A stretch of DNA of 61,095 nucleotides, the filler included. It is 5 parts of 5 records of this genome, joined end to end, with 100 filler letters (N's around TTAATTAATTAA, not from the genome) between each part and the next. Parts side by side here need not be neighbours in the genome. Positions count along the whole stretch, not along the records: positions 1 to 12,439 come from SRR31156797_6664; positions 12,540 to 18,156 come from SRR31156797_6675; positions 18,257 to 37,709 come from SRR31156797_6684; 2 more parts are not named here. One strand, 5' to 3'. This document shows positions 10,074-21,517 of this stretch, piece by piece (the first letter of the stretch is position 1; each line of letters starts with the position of its first letter). The translations under genes were made by a program, and so were the position numbers. A model generated the notes under the pieces. The model had not been told where the DNA came from. It was given only the letters and a program-made list of their open reading frames with translations, and did not search any database.

Positions 10074-11039
10074 CTACCCACGAACTAAAGGAATTCCACA
10101 AGCCTCGGCCGCCACAAGGGTCAAGAACATGGTCGGAATGTACAAGATCATAGAGACCAGCACCGTTGCTGAGGTTTCTGTTTCGCAAGTGGTATAAGAT
10201 TCCGCAAGCACACAACACAACGCTGCAGTGGGCATTCCGGCCAGCAGCACGCCCATCAACAGTTCCTGTCCGCGTACACCGAAAGCTAACAAGCACCCCG
10301 CAGCAAGAAGTGGATGGAAAATCAATTTAAAAAAATTCACCAGCCCGATATTAAACCACTTCAATTCTATTTTCTGACGGACAATCAGAATCCCAATGGC
10401 AAACAAGGCACAGGGAACTGAAGCCATGCCGAAACTATGTAAACCGTCAGCAAGAAATTCCGGGAGTTCCAAATGCAGAAAAGAGAAGGCTGCCCCAGCA
10501 AATGATGCACCGATCAAAGGCGTCTTAAGCATGGAAAGAGCAATCTGCCCGATTATGCCTAGTATCGACTTTGATTTATCCGCCCGGTGCAGCTCAAAAG
10601 TAGTCACCACCATAATAACGATGAATATGGGCAAAATAATGGCCAGCGTGGTTGCGATCAAAGCCGGCCTGCTGCCATCATAAAGGTACATCATGATCGG
10701 CAAGCCAAGGTAGGCGGAGTTAGGAAAACTGCCCGAGCTGGCCCGGATACCGTCTTCTGTAAAATGACCCTTGAATATAAACTTTGAAGCCAGAAACATC
10801 AGCCAGTAAGCCCCGATCATGGCAGAGAGATAACCGCCAATAAAACGGACCTGCGCAATTTCCTCAAAAGGGGTGGTTGCCAATGAACCAAAAAGTAAAG
10901 CGGGAAGAGTAAAAAAATAAACAAACCCGTTAAGTACTGTTGCAGAATTTTCAGGCAGAATTTCACGACGAAACGAAATAGCTCCGGCGATAACCATCAA
11001 AAACAAAGGAATGAGAGCGGAAAGGACAAGTGTAAGCAT
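10074..11039 (-). CDS. AEC (auxin efflux carrier) family transporter
   Basis: FVYFFTLPALLF, SFPNSAYLGLP, VPCALFAIG, GMPTA motifs; about 10 TM. Confidence 0.88.
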   Translation of the reverse strand: MLTLVLSALIPLFLMVIAGAISFRREILPENSATVLNGFVYFFTLPALLFGSLATTPFEEIAQVRFIGGYLSAMIGAYWLMFLASKFIFKGHFTEDGIRASSGSFPNSAYLGLPIMMYLYDGSRPALIATTLAIILPIFIVIMVVTTFELHRADKSKSILGIIGQIALSMLKTPLIGASFAGAAFSFLHLELPEFLADGLHSFGMASVPCALFAIGILIVRQKIELKWFNIGLVNFFKLIFHPLLAAGCLLAFGVRGQELLMGVLLAGMPTAALCCVLAESYTTCETETSATVLVSMILYIPTMFLTLVAAEACGIPLVRG

Positions 11040-11179
11040 AAATTCAATTCAGGTGTAAAAGATTTGATCTAATTGCATCGGTAGAGGTCAGCAGATTTCT
11101 GGAATTCATATAGACATTTTCAATAAAAAACATTTACATAATAACAGGATGTAAATTTCATGACTGACCGGAGTCTGTA

Positions 11180-11761
11180 TTGCCAGAAGAAATTATTCTA
11201 AGAAACGACATGCGTCCAGTGGGGATTACCTTGTGTAGTTTCGGACTGTTCGGAACAATAGGATTCTTGTTGTTCAGCATTTTCGGTTCCTTTCCCGCAC
11301 AAAGTTCCGGTGAAATTTATCTGGCCCGCACACTGGCCTCAGCTGGAATTATTGCCTTTCTCTGGAAAATGATAAATCTCAATGCCCAGAAAAATTTATT
11401 GGAAACAAGTGGTGACGGAATCAGATTAAGTGGGACTATCACAGCATATATTCCGTGGGAAAATATTAAAGATATTGCTCTTGAAGAACCGGAGTCAGAC
11501 GAAAACGTAGATGACGACTATTCTCCGTTCATGAGGCCCAGACATAATCCTGTCCTCTACCTTGAACTGCATAGTGCTGATAAAATTTTCTTCGAAAGCA
11601 AAGTTTATAAACTCTCAACCCGTAAGATTGATAATTTTATAAAGCAACTGTCTGAACTCGATAATCGTATTCCACTTGAAATGGAATTAATGACAGCTAA
11701 TACACTGGAAGAGATTTGCGAAATGTTGCGGGCAAGATGGGAGAGGGCTATTCGGAAATAA
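11180..11761 (+). CDS. Hypothetical membrane protein (2 TM plus PH-like IPWENI motif)
   Basis: TTG start after GGAG RBS; two hydrophobic segments then GI...IPWENIKDI. Confidence 0.65.
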   Translation: MPEEIILRNDMRPVGITLCSFGLFGTIGFLLFSIFGSFPAQSSGEIYLARTLASAGIIAFLWKMINLNAQKNLLETSGDGIRLSGTITAYIPWENIKDIALEEPESDENVDDDYSPFMRPRHNPVLYLELHSADKIFFESKVYKLSTRKIDNFIKQLSELDNRIPLEMELMTANTLEEICEMLRARWERAIRK

Positions 11762-11765
11762 TCGC

Positions 11766-12344
11766 CTACTTCAATTCAATTTCAAGATTGCCCAATAGCG
11801 ACACAGCCTCAGGCAATGAGAATTTGGTCTTTTTAAGCTTATTAGTCTCAGCATTCATGAAATAATTCCGTGAAGAGGTGAAATCAGCGGAGGATAAGTC
11901 CGTCTGATGAAACTGACATCCAGCAAAATCACAATCATCAAATTTCACACGCGCCAACTTGCAATCAGAAAAAGTTGCTTCCCTTAATGAACAGGAATTA
12001 AATTTAACTTTGAGAAGATTTTGACTGCTGAAAGCACACCTATCCATCAAACAATTTGAATAGCTGGCTACAATGACCGGACCGAGATTCCCCCAATTAA
12101 TACCCAGCAACTTTGAATCACGAAATTTTGTATCTATTACCTTGGAATTTGAAAAAACAGCCACAGCCATGTTGCAGCCCACAAACTGGCATTCCTGAAA
12201 TTCACAATCTATCAGTTCAGTATACTGAAAAGATGAAGCCTTAAAGGTACACCTGTAAAAATTAACTTCCTGTAAAGTCTGATCCTCAAGGTCTATATTT
12301 TCGAACTGAGTATTCTCGTATGATTCGAAATCAACTATCTGCAT
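11766..12344 (-). CDS. Pentapeptide repeat protein
   Basis: Serial [ACV]xFxx pentapeptides (CTFKA SSFQY...CEFQE CQFVG...ATFSD...CQFHQ TDLSS ADFTS); ATG 12344 after AGGAG. Confidence 0.9.
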   Translation of the reverse strand: MQIVDFESYENTQFENIDLEDQTLQEVNFYRCTFKASSFQYTELIDCEFQECQFVGCNMAVAVFSNSKVIDTKFRDSKLLGINWGNLGPVIVASYSNCLMDRCAFSSQNLLKVKFNSCSLREATFSDCKLARVKFDDCDFAGCQFHQTDLSSADFTSSRNYFMNAETNKLKKTKFSLPEAVSLLGNLEIELK

Positions 12345-12439
12345 TGAATTTCTCCTGAAACATAATTTTCTTACGACTGAATACTCTTCATATAGCTTAC
12401 AAGCAAGAGCACTAGCCCCTAATCTCACACTTTCCCTCA

Positions 12440-12539
12440 NNNNNNNNNNNNNNNNNNNNNNNNNNNNNNNNNNNNNNNNNNNNTTAATTAATTAANNNNN
12501 NNNNNNNNNNNNNNNNNNNNNNNNNNNNNNNNNNNNNNN
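12440..12539. other. Artificial contig-joining spacer
   Basis: 44 N + TTAATTAATTAA (stops in all six frames) + 44 N. Confidence 0.98.
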
Positions 12540-14254
12540 TCCAAAAACACTATACGTCGGCGGAATCTTTCCTGCTTGGCCAGATGGATGATATCCTTGA
12601 TAAACTGCTTGCCTTCATTGTCCTGTGGGTGGGCCTTGCCCGCCAGAATTATCTGAACCGGCCGGTCCGGATTGTTAACCATTCTGTCCAACCGATCCGG
12701 ATCCCGGAACAAAAGCGTGGCCCTTTTATATGTGGCAAAACGACGGGCGAATCCTATAGTCAAGACATCCGGATCCAGAACCTCGACAACCTCTCTCAAT
12801 TCACTTGACGTAGCGCCCCTTTTCTTAAGCTGATCCAGCAGCCTTTTTCTTGTGAAACCGACCAACTGCTCCCGGCACCTCAGATGAGCCCTCCACAGTT
12901 CCGTGGCCGGTATGCGCTCGACCTGCTCCCAGACCCGCTCGTTGTCAGGATCCTCCGACCAATCCGGTCCCAGGTAACGGTCGAAAATCTGCGACAATTC
13001 CCTGGATATCCAGGTCGGAACGTGAATGCCGTTGGTGATATGATCGATGGGGATGTCCTCAACCGGATTATGCGGCCAGACATCCTGCCACATGGCCCGG
13101 GAAACGCGGCCGTGAAGCTCGCTGACCCCGTTGGCGTGAGCCGACAACCTCAAGGCCAGGGGCGTCACTCCGAACAACTCGGTTTCATCATGGGGGTGCA
13201 CCTTGCCGTAACCCATTAAAACCTTAATGTTAAGACTTAGTTCCTTGGCGTATTCACTGAAATAATCGTGAACCAGGTTTGGATCGAACGTGTCGTTTCC
13301 CGCCGGCACCGGCGTGTGAGTAGTAAACACGGTGCTGGCCTGAACAACTTCCCGGGCCGCGTCAAAAGTCAATCCCTTGTTCTTTCTTAAAAGATTAATT
13401 CTCTCCAGGGCGGAAAAGGCGCTGTGCCCTTCGTTCATATGCACGACGGTCGGCTCGATGCCCATGGCCTGAAGAGCCCTGATCCCGCCTATGCCCAAAA
13501 CTATTTCCTGGCGCAGTCGCATCTCCCGGTCGCCGCCGTAAAGCTGGGCCGTTGTTTCCCTAATATCCTCCGGGTTTTCAGTAACATTCGTATCCAGTAG
13601 AAAAAGAGGTATTCTACCCACATTTACCCGCCAAACGATGACCGCAACCGGTTGATCCTTGAAATTCACGTATATCTTCACAGCGCGTCCATCTTTATCC
13701 CTGACCACATTCGCCGGCAAATTGTCGAAATCATTCACCGGATAGGTTTCCATCTGCCAACCGTCCGAACTCAGGTATTGACTGAAATACCCTTCCTGGT
13801 AAAGAAGCCCCACCCCCACCAGGGGTAAATTCAAATCGCTGGCGGACTTGATATGGTCGCCGGCCAGGATGCCCAACCCGCCCGAATAAATGGGCAGGCA
13901 TGACGCCAGGCCGAATTCCGCTGAAAAATAAGCAGTCAGAAAAGACTCCTTGCCGGCAATAGCATCCGCAGCCCGGCAGCGGGAACAATACTGATCGAAA
14001 TTCTGTTTTATTTCCTTTAATTGTGCCATAAAGCCCGGGTCGGCGGTAAGCTCCTCCAACCTTTCCTGGCTGACCAGACCCAGCATCAATACCGGATTAT
14101 GACCCGATTCGGTCCAAAGCCGGGCGTCCATCCTCATGAAAAGATCGCGAATGTCCGAATGCCAGGCAAAAAGCAAATTGTGAGATAAATCCCTCAACAC
14201 TTCTAGCTCGCCAGGAAGCTTAGGCTTGACCTTGTATTCTCTTTTTGCTTTCAT
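12540..14254 (-). CDS. glgP: Alpha-glucan (glycogen/starch) phosphorylase, 3'-truncated
   Basis: AYFSAEFG, YSGGLGILAGDHIKSASD, HMNEGH, FTTHTPVPAG, GFARRFATYKRA, AGKAHP. Confidence 0.95.
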
Positions 14255-14534
14255 GGAAACCTTCCCAATTGTATATTTGGAAGTTAATATGCATAAGCTG
14301 TCTTTTCGAGCCCGACAATGATTTGGGGCCAAGGGTCATTATCCTAGACGGCTTATATTCATTTTTACATTATACACTTATTAATCGATATAGCATTGTC
14401 TGTACGGGCAGTCAAACCCGGGCCGGGCAGCACCTTAAATTTCACAAAAAAACAAAAAGTCCTTGACTCAATCGCGAGGTAATTGTAAAAGGACGGCCCA
14501 AACAGGCCCCGGTCAAGGGAGCAAGGGGGAGTTC

Positions 14535-15692
14535 ATGGCAGGCCCTGAAAAGGACCAGGATATAATTTACTGGCTGACGTTGGCCATGACTCCGGGAGTA
14601 GGCCCTTATATCTTCAAGCAGTTGCTGGAAACCTTCGGAAGCCCTGAAGCGGTTCTTAAAGCTTCGCCCCGGGATTTAAAGCAGGCGCCCCGCATTCCCC
14701 GGGGAGTGCTTGAATCCATTTCCCGGATCGGCGACCTGAGCGAGGCTGAAAATGAACTGGGAAAAGTGCGCCGGGCCGGTTTTAGACTTATTACGAGCCA
14801 GGATGACGACTATCCGTCAAGGCTTGGGGAAATACACGATCCGCCGCCGATCCTCTGGGCGGACGGCGATATATTAAAGGAAGACAATGCGGCCGTAGCC
14901 ATTGTCGGTTCCAGGGCGGCTACTGAATACGGCAGAAAGATGTCCGCCAAACTGGCCCGGGAATTGGCCGAGGCCGGAATAACAGTTGTCAGCGGCGTGG
15001 CCATGGGCATTGACGCCGCGGCCCACGCCGGCGCGTTGGCCGCCAATGGCAGGACCATAGGCGTTTTGGGATGCGGCCTGGATATAATCTATCCGCGCGT
15101 GAATAAAAACCTTTACCGGCAAATACCCGGAGCCGGAGCATTGCTGAGCGAATTTCCCCTGGGCTCGGAACCGAACCGCGGACGTTTTCCCAGGCGAAAC
15201 AGGATAATATCCGGGTTGTCCGCGGCCGTGGTCGTGGTTGAAGCAGGCAGCAGAAGCGGCGCGGCCATAACGGCAAGGCTGGCCCTGGAACAAGACAGGG
15301 ATGTGCTGGCCGTTCCGGGACGGGCCGGCGCCGAACAAAGCAAGGGGACCCATCTCCTTTTGAGACAGGGCGCCAAACTGGTGGAAAACGGCCGGGATAT
15401 TTTGGAAGAAATTTTGCCGCAACTTGAAGGATTTAAGCTCCGGAAGCAGGCCCCTGACAGTGGTCTTCCGTTGCTTAGCGATTTGAAAAAAGAATCCGAA
15501 CAGGTTAATACGGCTGATATGAACGGTGAGGAAAGTTTGATCTGGGAATTATTGGGCCGGGAAACTCACCATATAGATATGCTAGGACGGGCGCTGGGCT
15601 GGCCGCAGCCCAAGTTGACCGCCGCACTATTAAATATGGAACTGAAAGGCCTGGTAAAACAGTTGCCGGGCATGAGGTATACGAGGAATTAA
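14535..15692 (+). CDS. dprA: DNA-processing protein DprA
   Basis: VAIVGSR, VVSGVAMGIDAAAH, FPRRNRIISGLS, VVVEAGSRSG and a C-terminal winged helix; ATG 14535 after GGGGGAG. Confidence 0.95.
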   Translation: MAGPEKDQDIIYWLTLAMTPGVGPYIFKQLLETFGSPEAVLKASPRDLKQAPRIPRGVLESISRIGDLSEAENELGKVRRAGFRLITSQDDDYPSRLGEIHDPPPILWADGDILKEDNAAVAIVGSRAATEYGRKMSAKLARELAEAGITVVSGVAMGIDAAAHAGALAANGRTIGVLGCGLDIIYPRVNKNLYRQIPGAGALLSEFPLGSEPNRGRFPRRNRIISGLSAAVVVVEAGSRSGAAITARLALEQDRDVLAVPGRAGAEQSKGTHLLLRQGAKLVENGRDILEEILPQLEGFKLRKQAPDSGLPLLSDLKKESEQVNTADMNGEESLIWELLGRETHHIDMLGRALGWPQPKLTAALLNMELKGLVKQLPGMRYTRN

Positions 15693-18106
15693 TGGCTAAA
15701 TCTCTACTCATCGTCGAGTCGCCGGCCAAGGCCAAAACCATTGGCAAGTATTTGGGCAAGGATATAGAAGTCAAAGCATCGGTTGGGCACATCAGGGACC
15801 TTCCGGTCAACCGCCTTGGAGTGGACGTAGAACACGATTTTCAACCCGAGTACGTGACCATCAGCGGTAAACAGAAAATCATCACCGAACTGAAAAAAGC
15901 CGCCAGGGGCAAGGAAATGATTTACCTGGCCCCCGACCCCGACCGGGAAGGCGAGGCCATTGCCTGGCATATAGCCGAAGCGCTTAAGGCCAAAAACAGG
16001 CAATTCACCAGGGTTTTATTCCATGAACTCACCCCGCACGCCATCCGGGCCGCCCTGGAAAATCCGGAACAGTTATCCACCCAGCGTTTCGAGTCCCAAC
16101 AGGCCAGAAGAGTGCTCGACCGGTTGGTCGGGTACAGGCTGTCCCCGCTGCTTTGGGATAAAGTCAAGCGCGGCCTTTCCGCGGGCAGGGTCCAGTCCGT
16201 GGCTCTCAGAATCATTACCGACCGGGAAAGGGAAATATTCGCCTTCACTCCCCAGGAATACTGGAGCCTGACCGCCAAACTGCTTTCCGGCCAACAGGAA
16301 TTTTCAGCCAGGCTTACCAAAAAAGACGGTAAAAAAATAGAACTACAAAACGGTGATGAAACCAGGGAAATAGTCGACCAAATAAAAGGACATGAAGGCG
16401 CCCCCGGCCTGCCTTTCCAGGTTTCCAAGGTGGTCAGCCGCGAAAGAAAGCGTCACCCCCTGCCTCCCTTCACTACCAGCCAGATGCAGCAGGCCGCCTT
16501 TTCCAGGCTCAGACTGCCGGCCTCCCGCACCATGCGTCTGGCCCAGCAGTTGTATGAAGGAATCGATATCGGCGCCGAAGGCTCGGTCGGCCTGATCACC
16601 TACATGAGGACCGACTCCGTGCGCGTGGCCGACGTGGCCTTGCAAGAAGCGCGTCAGGTTATAACCGATCTTTACGGTAAGGATTATCTGCCCTCAAAAG
16701 CCAAACACTATTCAAATAAAAAAGGCTCCCAGGACGCCCACGAAGCCATACGTCCCACGTCCGCGGCCCGCACGCCCGAAAAGATGAAACAATATCTTTC
16801 AGGGCAGATGCTGGCCCTGTACGAACTCATTTGGCGGAGGTTTACGGCCAGCCAGATGAAACCGGCCCTCATCGACCAGACTTCCGCCGACATTCAGGCC
16901 GGCCCCTACACTTTCAGGGCCAGCGGTTCGGTCATCAAATTCAAGGGCTTTCTCGAGGTGTACGACTCAAACGGACAGGACGACAAGGAAATGCTTCCGC
17001 CGCTTAAGGAGAACCAGGGTCTGGATCTAAAGGAACTGCTGCCCAAACAGCACTTCACCCAGCCGCCTCCGCGCTTTACCGAAGCCACCCTGGTCAAGGA
17101 GCTTGAGGAAAACGGCATCGGCCGCCCCAGCACGTACGCCAGCATTATTTCCACTCTCAGGGACAAGGAATACGTGGCTTCCCAGAAAGGGCAGCTCAGG
17201 CCGTCCGAACTTGGCTTTATCGTCAGCGACCTTCTGGTCGATAATTTTCCCCGCATCATGGATGTGGAATTCACCGCGGGCATGGAAAATTCCCTGGACG
17301 AAATCGAAGAAGGGCGCGTCAAGTGGCTGGAAGTCCTGAACACTTTTTACGGCCCGTTTGAAAATGATGTGGCCAAGGCGGCCAAGGATATGATTTCCCT
17401 TAAACGGGAAGGAATGAAAACCGGACTCAAATGCGACCAGTGCGAATCGGAAATGGTTCTCAAATTCGGGCGCAACGGCCCGTTCATCTCCTGCGCTTCC
17501 TACCCGGAATGTAAAAATGCCTTTGATTTCACTCGCGATGAAGACGGGAACCTGGTTCCGGTTAAACACGAAGCCCCGGAAACTGATGAAGTCTGCGAAA
17601 AGTGCGGCCAGCCCATGGTGGTTAAAAAAGGCCGGTACGGCCCGTTTTTAGCCTGCTCGGCTTACCCGGACTGCAAAAACACCCGCCCCCTTAACGGTAA
17701 CGGCGAAGTTGAAGACCTGGCCATTCCCGAGGACGTTGACCCAAAGTGCGACAAGTGCGGCGCCGAAATGGCCGTCAAACGCAGCCGCATGGGCAGCCTT
17801 TTCATTGCCTGCACCAATTATCCCAAGTGCAAAAACACCAAGCCGTACCCCACCGGCGTCAAATGCCCCCGTAAAGGCTGCGACGGCGATATTACTGAAC
17901 GGTCATCCAAAAGAGGCGTCTTTTACGGGTGCTCGAATTATCCCAAATGCCGTTACACATTGCGCACCAAGCCGGTTAAAAAAGCCTGCCCAGCCTGCGA
18001 ACATCCCTTTCTCGTGGAAGCTCCCGGAAATGAAAATGGCTCTGAAATGATACTTAAATGCCCCAACAAGGATTGCGATTACACGGAATCCCAACCAAAA
18101 AAGTAA
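15692..18106 (+). CDS. topA: DNA topoisomerase I with C-terminal zinc ribbons
   Basis: LLIVESPAKAKTI, DPDREGEAI, GLITYMRTDS (catalytic Tyr), GIGRPSTY, repeated Cys-rich ribbons; overlaps dprA stop (TAATG). Confidence 0.97.
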   Translation: MAKSLLIVESPAKAKTIGKYLGKDIEVKASVGHIRDLPVNRLGVDVEHDFQPEYVTISGKQKIITELKKAARGKEMIYLAPDPDREGEAIAWHIAEALKAKNRQFTRVLFHELTPHAIRAALENPEQLSTQRFESQQARRVLDRLVGYRLSPLLWDKVKRGLSAGRVQSVALRIITDREREIFAFTPQEYWSLTAKLLSGQQEFSARLTKKDGKKIELQNGDETREIVDQIKGHEGAPGLPFQVSKVVSRERKRHPLPPFTTSQMQQAAFSRLRLPASRTMRLAQQLYEGIDIGAEGSVGLITYMRTDSVRVADVALQEARQVITDLYGKDYLPSKAKHYSNKKGSQDAHEAIRPTSAARTPEKMKQYLSGQMLALYELIWRRFTASQMKPALIDQTSADIQAGPYTFRASGSVIKFKGFLEVYDSNGQDDKEMLPPLKENQGLDLKELLPKQHFTQPPPRFTEATLVKELEENGIGRPSTYASIISTLRDKEYVASQKGQLRPSELGFIVSDLLVDNFPRIMDVEFTAGMENSLDEIEEGRVKWLEVLNTFYGPFENDVAKAAKDMISLKREGMKTGLKCDQCESEMVLKFGRNGPFISCASYPECKNAFDFTRDEDGNLVPVKHEAPETDEVCEKCGQPMVVKKGRYGPFLACSAYPDCKNTRPLNGNGEVEDLAIPEDVDPKCDKCGAEMAVKRSRMGSLFIACTNYPKCKNTKPYPTGVKCPRKGCDGDITERSSKRGVFYGCSNYPKCRYTLRTKPVKKACPACEHPFLVEAPGNENGSEMILKCPNKDCDYTESQPKK

Positions 18107-18156
18107 ACAGCTTCATACGCTGTAAAGTTCAAAAAAAGCGGCCCCCCCCGGCCGCG

Positions 18157-18256
18157 NNNNNNNNNNNNNNNNNNNNNNNNNNNNNNNNNNNNNNNNNNNN
18201 TTAATTAATTAANNNNNNNNNNNNNNNNNNNNNNNNNNNNNNNNNNNNNNNNNNNN
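18157..18256. other. Artificial contig-joining spacer
   Basis: 44 N + TTAATTAATTAA + 44 N. Confidence 0.98.
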
Positions 18257-20113
18257 ATTATCAAGAAGCCACTCGATAACCCTTAAAATTTTTTCTTTAG
18301 AGGTGTTTTTTATCGAGCTAATCAAATCTTCCGGTTTTAATTTACCAGATTTTAAATGTGGCTTTATGGCCTCCACAATCCTGTCAAATTCCAATTTACT
18401 GAGATGGGCTTTGTTTCTTTCCAGGCAAACATCACATTGTCCGCATCGGTCATTTTTAGATTCACCGAAATAGGAAAGCAGTGCTAAACTCCTACAACGT
18501 TTGTTTGAAGTTAGATATTCCTTTAGGGCATTTAAACGGTTTCGAGCAGCTTTTTTTCTTAAGGTATAATTTTCTTTGGAGATATAAACATCCTTTGAAT
18601 CAAGTCGTTCGACTGACATGATTAATTGCGGTTTTGACTTTGAAGGGATATAATTTATCACCTCCATTTTATCGAGGGTGGTAAGCAGGTCTGTAATTTT
18701 GGTTAGTGGCAGTTTTGTTTTATTTGATAATTCTTTGAGGCTTATTTTAACGTATTGACTAAACAGCCCTGTATATAGTCGCAATAACAATTTGATGAAA
18801 TCATCTAATTTTGGGTTTTCCACGCGAAACCGATACAAATTTTCACCCTGAAGTTTAAAATGGATTTTTGGAGGGTTGTGAATTCCATCAGTTAATATTA
18901 TGTAACCTTCTTTTTCGAGGAATTTCAGTGCATTGAAGGCAATAATTGGTTCGAAATCATACTGCCTGCTAAATTCTGCAAGGTCAAAATCGAAACTAAG
19001 GTTTTCACCACTACCAACAGCCAGTCTCAAATAATTACCTAAAGCCTGGTAGACTCTTTTGATCATTTCCATATCAGGAAACCTCTGTTCAAAATGTTTT
19101 TCAGTATCAAGCAAATCCGAATCCTGGTAAAATAGTGCAGCCCAGGATTTTTTCAGGTCTCTTCCTGCTCTTCCTGCTTCCTGAAAATAAGCTTCAATAC
19201 TACCAGGCAGATCAATATGAGCTACCATTCTCACATCAGGTTTGTCGATTCCCATACCAAATGCATTGGTCGCTACCATAATCCTGATTTGCCCTGACAT
19301 CCATTTTTGTTGTTTCAGCGTCCGATCCTGGGCACTTAATCCTGCATGGTAGTAATCGGCAGATATATTGTTTTTCTGCAGAAGCTTCGAAAATTCAACA
19401 GTTCTCCGCCTGGTTCCGGCATAAACAATGGCCGATCCCGGAACCTTTTTAAACATTTTGATAACTCTGCCATTTTTGTTTTCTTCGTGCTGGACAACAT
19501 AGGCCAGATTTTCTCTTTCAAAACTTTGCCTGATCAGATGTTTTTCCCTGAATTTTAATTTTTCCTGTATATCATCCACAACGTCCGGGGTTGCCGACGC
19601 AGTAACAGCCAGGATTGGAACATCTGGTATGAAAGCCCTGATATCTGCAATTTGTAAATATAGTGGCCTGAAGTCGTACCCCCATTGAGAAATACAATGC
19701 GCTTCATCTACTGCCAGCAGATTCACATTCATTTTAATCAACACCTCCCTGAAGTTTGGTGTCGCAAGCCTTTCAGGAGAAACATAAAGGAATTTGGCAT
19801 CACCATACATGGCATTATTTAAAGCAACTTCAATTTCGTTATAATGCATCCCGGAGTAGATTGCAAAAGCTTTAATTTTCTTTTTATTTAAATTATCCAC
19901 CTGGTCTTTCATCAGGGCAATCAATGGCGAAACCACAATGCATAACCCCTCTTTTGCCAGTCCAGGCACCTGGTAACACAGCGATTTTCCACCACCGGTA
20001 GGCATGAGTGCAAGTGTATCACGACCATCCAAAACAGCATTTATAATTTCTTCCTGCGCTGGCCGGAATGAGCGATAGCCCCAATGCTCCATTAAAATTC
20101 TATGGATGTCCAT
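18257..20113 (-). CDS. recQ: RecQ family ATP-dependent DNA helicase, 3'-truncated
   Basis: MPTGGGKSLCYQ, VDEAHCISQWGYDFRP, ATNAFGMGIDK, QEAGRAGRD, RQC zinc motif CR...CGQCDVC. Confidence 0.95.
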
Positions 20114-20297
20114 CTTACGATTGTTAATCCAACGAAGTTAAGCTATTTTTTAAAAATTTTACTTTAAAAAAATAACCTATATCTCCTATGAATTGAACGC
20201 TTAAAAATCGGTGGGTTGTTTTAGTTATTTTCAAAAATCCATTTCGCTGATCTGAAAAGTAAATAAAGTCTAATTTTGTTCCAAATTTATAATAGAA

Positions 20298-21464
20298 ATG
20301 TCTCAAAGCAAATACAACCAGCGTGGTGTGTCAGCATCAAAAGAGGATGTGCACAATGCCATTAAAAATATCGACAAAGGTTTGTTTCCGAAAGCTTTTT
20401 GCAAAATCATACCGGATTTGCTGGCTGATGATCCTGAATATTGCACCATTATGCACGCAGATGGTGCCGGCACCAAATCTTCACTGGCATATGCTTACTG
20501 GCGTGAAACGGGCGATTTGTCAATCTGGAAAGGTATTGCAAAGGATGCCATTGTGATGAACCTTGATGATCTATTATGTGTGGGAGCAACCGGGAAAATC
20601 CTGCTTTCTTCAACCATAGGCCGCAACAAAAACCTGGTGCCGGGTGAGGTGATTTCTGCCATAATCAACGGTACGGAGGAATTCCTTGAGGAAATGAGAA
20701 AGCATGGTGTTGAAATATACAGCACGGGTGGCGAAACGGCTGATGTTGGCGATTTGGTAAGAACAATCATTGTTGACAGCACCGTAACATCCCGCATGAA
20801 GCGGACTCAAGTAATCGATAACGCAAATATTCAGGCGGGCGATGTGGTTGTTGGGCTGGCTTCTTTCGGCAGGGCAACATACGAAAATGAATACAATGGC
20901 GGGATGGGCAGCAATGGCCTAACCTCAGCAAGACATGATGTTTTTAATAAAAGGATTGCTGAAAAATATCCTGAAACTTTCGATCCGCAGGTTCCACCAA
21001 ACCTAGTCTACTCAGGCAAGATGGATTTGAAAGCGCCAACTGAAATTGAGGGCGTTGATGCAGGAAAGATGGTGTTGTCGGCCACAAGAACTTACGCCCC
21101 AATTGTGAAAAAAGTACTTGAACAGTATCGCGATAAAATTCACGGGATGGTGCATTGCAGTGGAGGAGCACAAACCAAAGTACTGCATTTTATTGATGAT
21201 TTGCATGTTATAAAGGATAATCTGTTTGGTATTCCGCCTCTTTTTAAAATGATTCACGAACAATCCGGAACAGACTGGAAAGAGATGTATCAGGTGTTTA
21301 ACATGGGGCACCGGATGGAGTTTTACACAGATGAAGACACTGCAGAGGCAATCATAGCTATATCCAAAAGTTTTAATGTGGATGCCAGGGTGATTGGCAG
21401 ATGTGAGGCTTCTGATAAGAAAATCCTAACCATTAATTCTGAATATGGCAGATTTGAATATTAA
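20298..21464 (+). CDS. purM: Phosphoribosylformylglycinamidine cyclo-ligase (AIR synthase), Bacteroidota type
   Basis: YNQRGVSASKEDVH, HADGAGTKS, GGETADVGD, SNGLTSARH, HCSGGAQTK, FNMGHR. Confidence 0.92.
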   Translation: MSQSKYNQRGVSASKEDVHNAIKNIDKGLFPKAFCKIIPDLLADDPEYCTIMHADGAGTKSSLAYAYWRETGDLSIWKGIAKDAIVMNLDDLLCVGATGKILLSSTIGRNKNLVPGEVISAIINGTEEFLEEMRKHGVEIYSTGGETADVGDLVRTIIVDSTVTSRMKRTQVIDNANIQAGDVVVGLASFGRATYENEYNGGMGSNGLTSARHDVFNKRIAEKYPETFDPQVPPNLVYSGKMDLKAPTEIEGVDAGKMVLSATRTYAPIVKKVLEQYRDKIHGMVHCSGGAQTKVLHFIDDLHVIKDNLFGIPPLFKMIHEQSGTDWKEMYQVFNMGHRMEFYTDEDTAEAIIAISKSFNVDARVIGRCEASDKKILTINSEYGRFEY

Positions 21465-21498
21465 AAAAACCCGGCAACTGAAATAGCTGCCGGGTTTT
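21463..21498. terminator. Bidirectional intrinsic terminator
   Basis: AAAAAAACCCGGCA-actgaaatagc-TGCCGGGTTTT between convergent genes. Confidence 0.85.
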
Positions 21499-21517
21499 CT
21501 AACTTTGATGAATATTA

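Noticed and set aside
14535-18106. dprA-topA coupling as a novel system
   Set aside because: Widely conserved, well-known gene order
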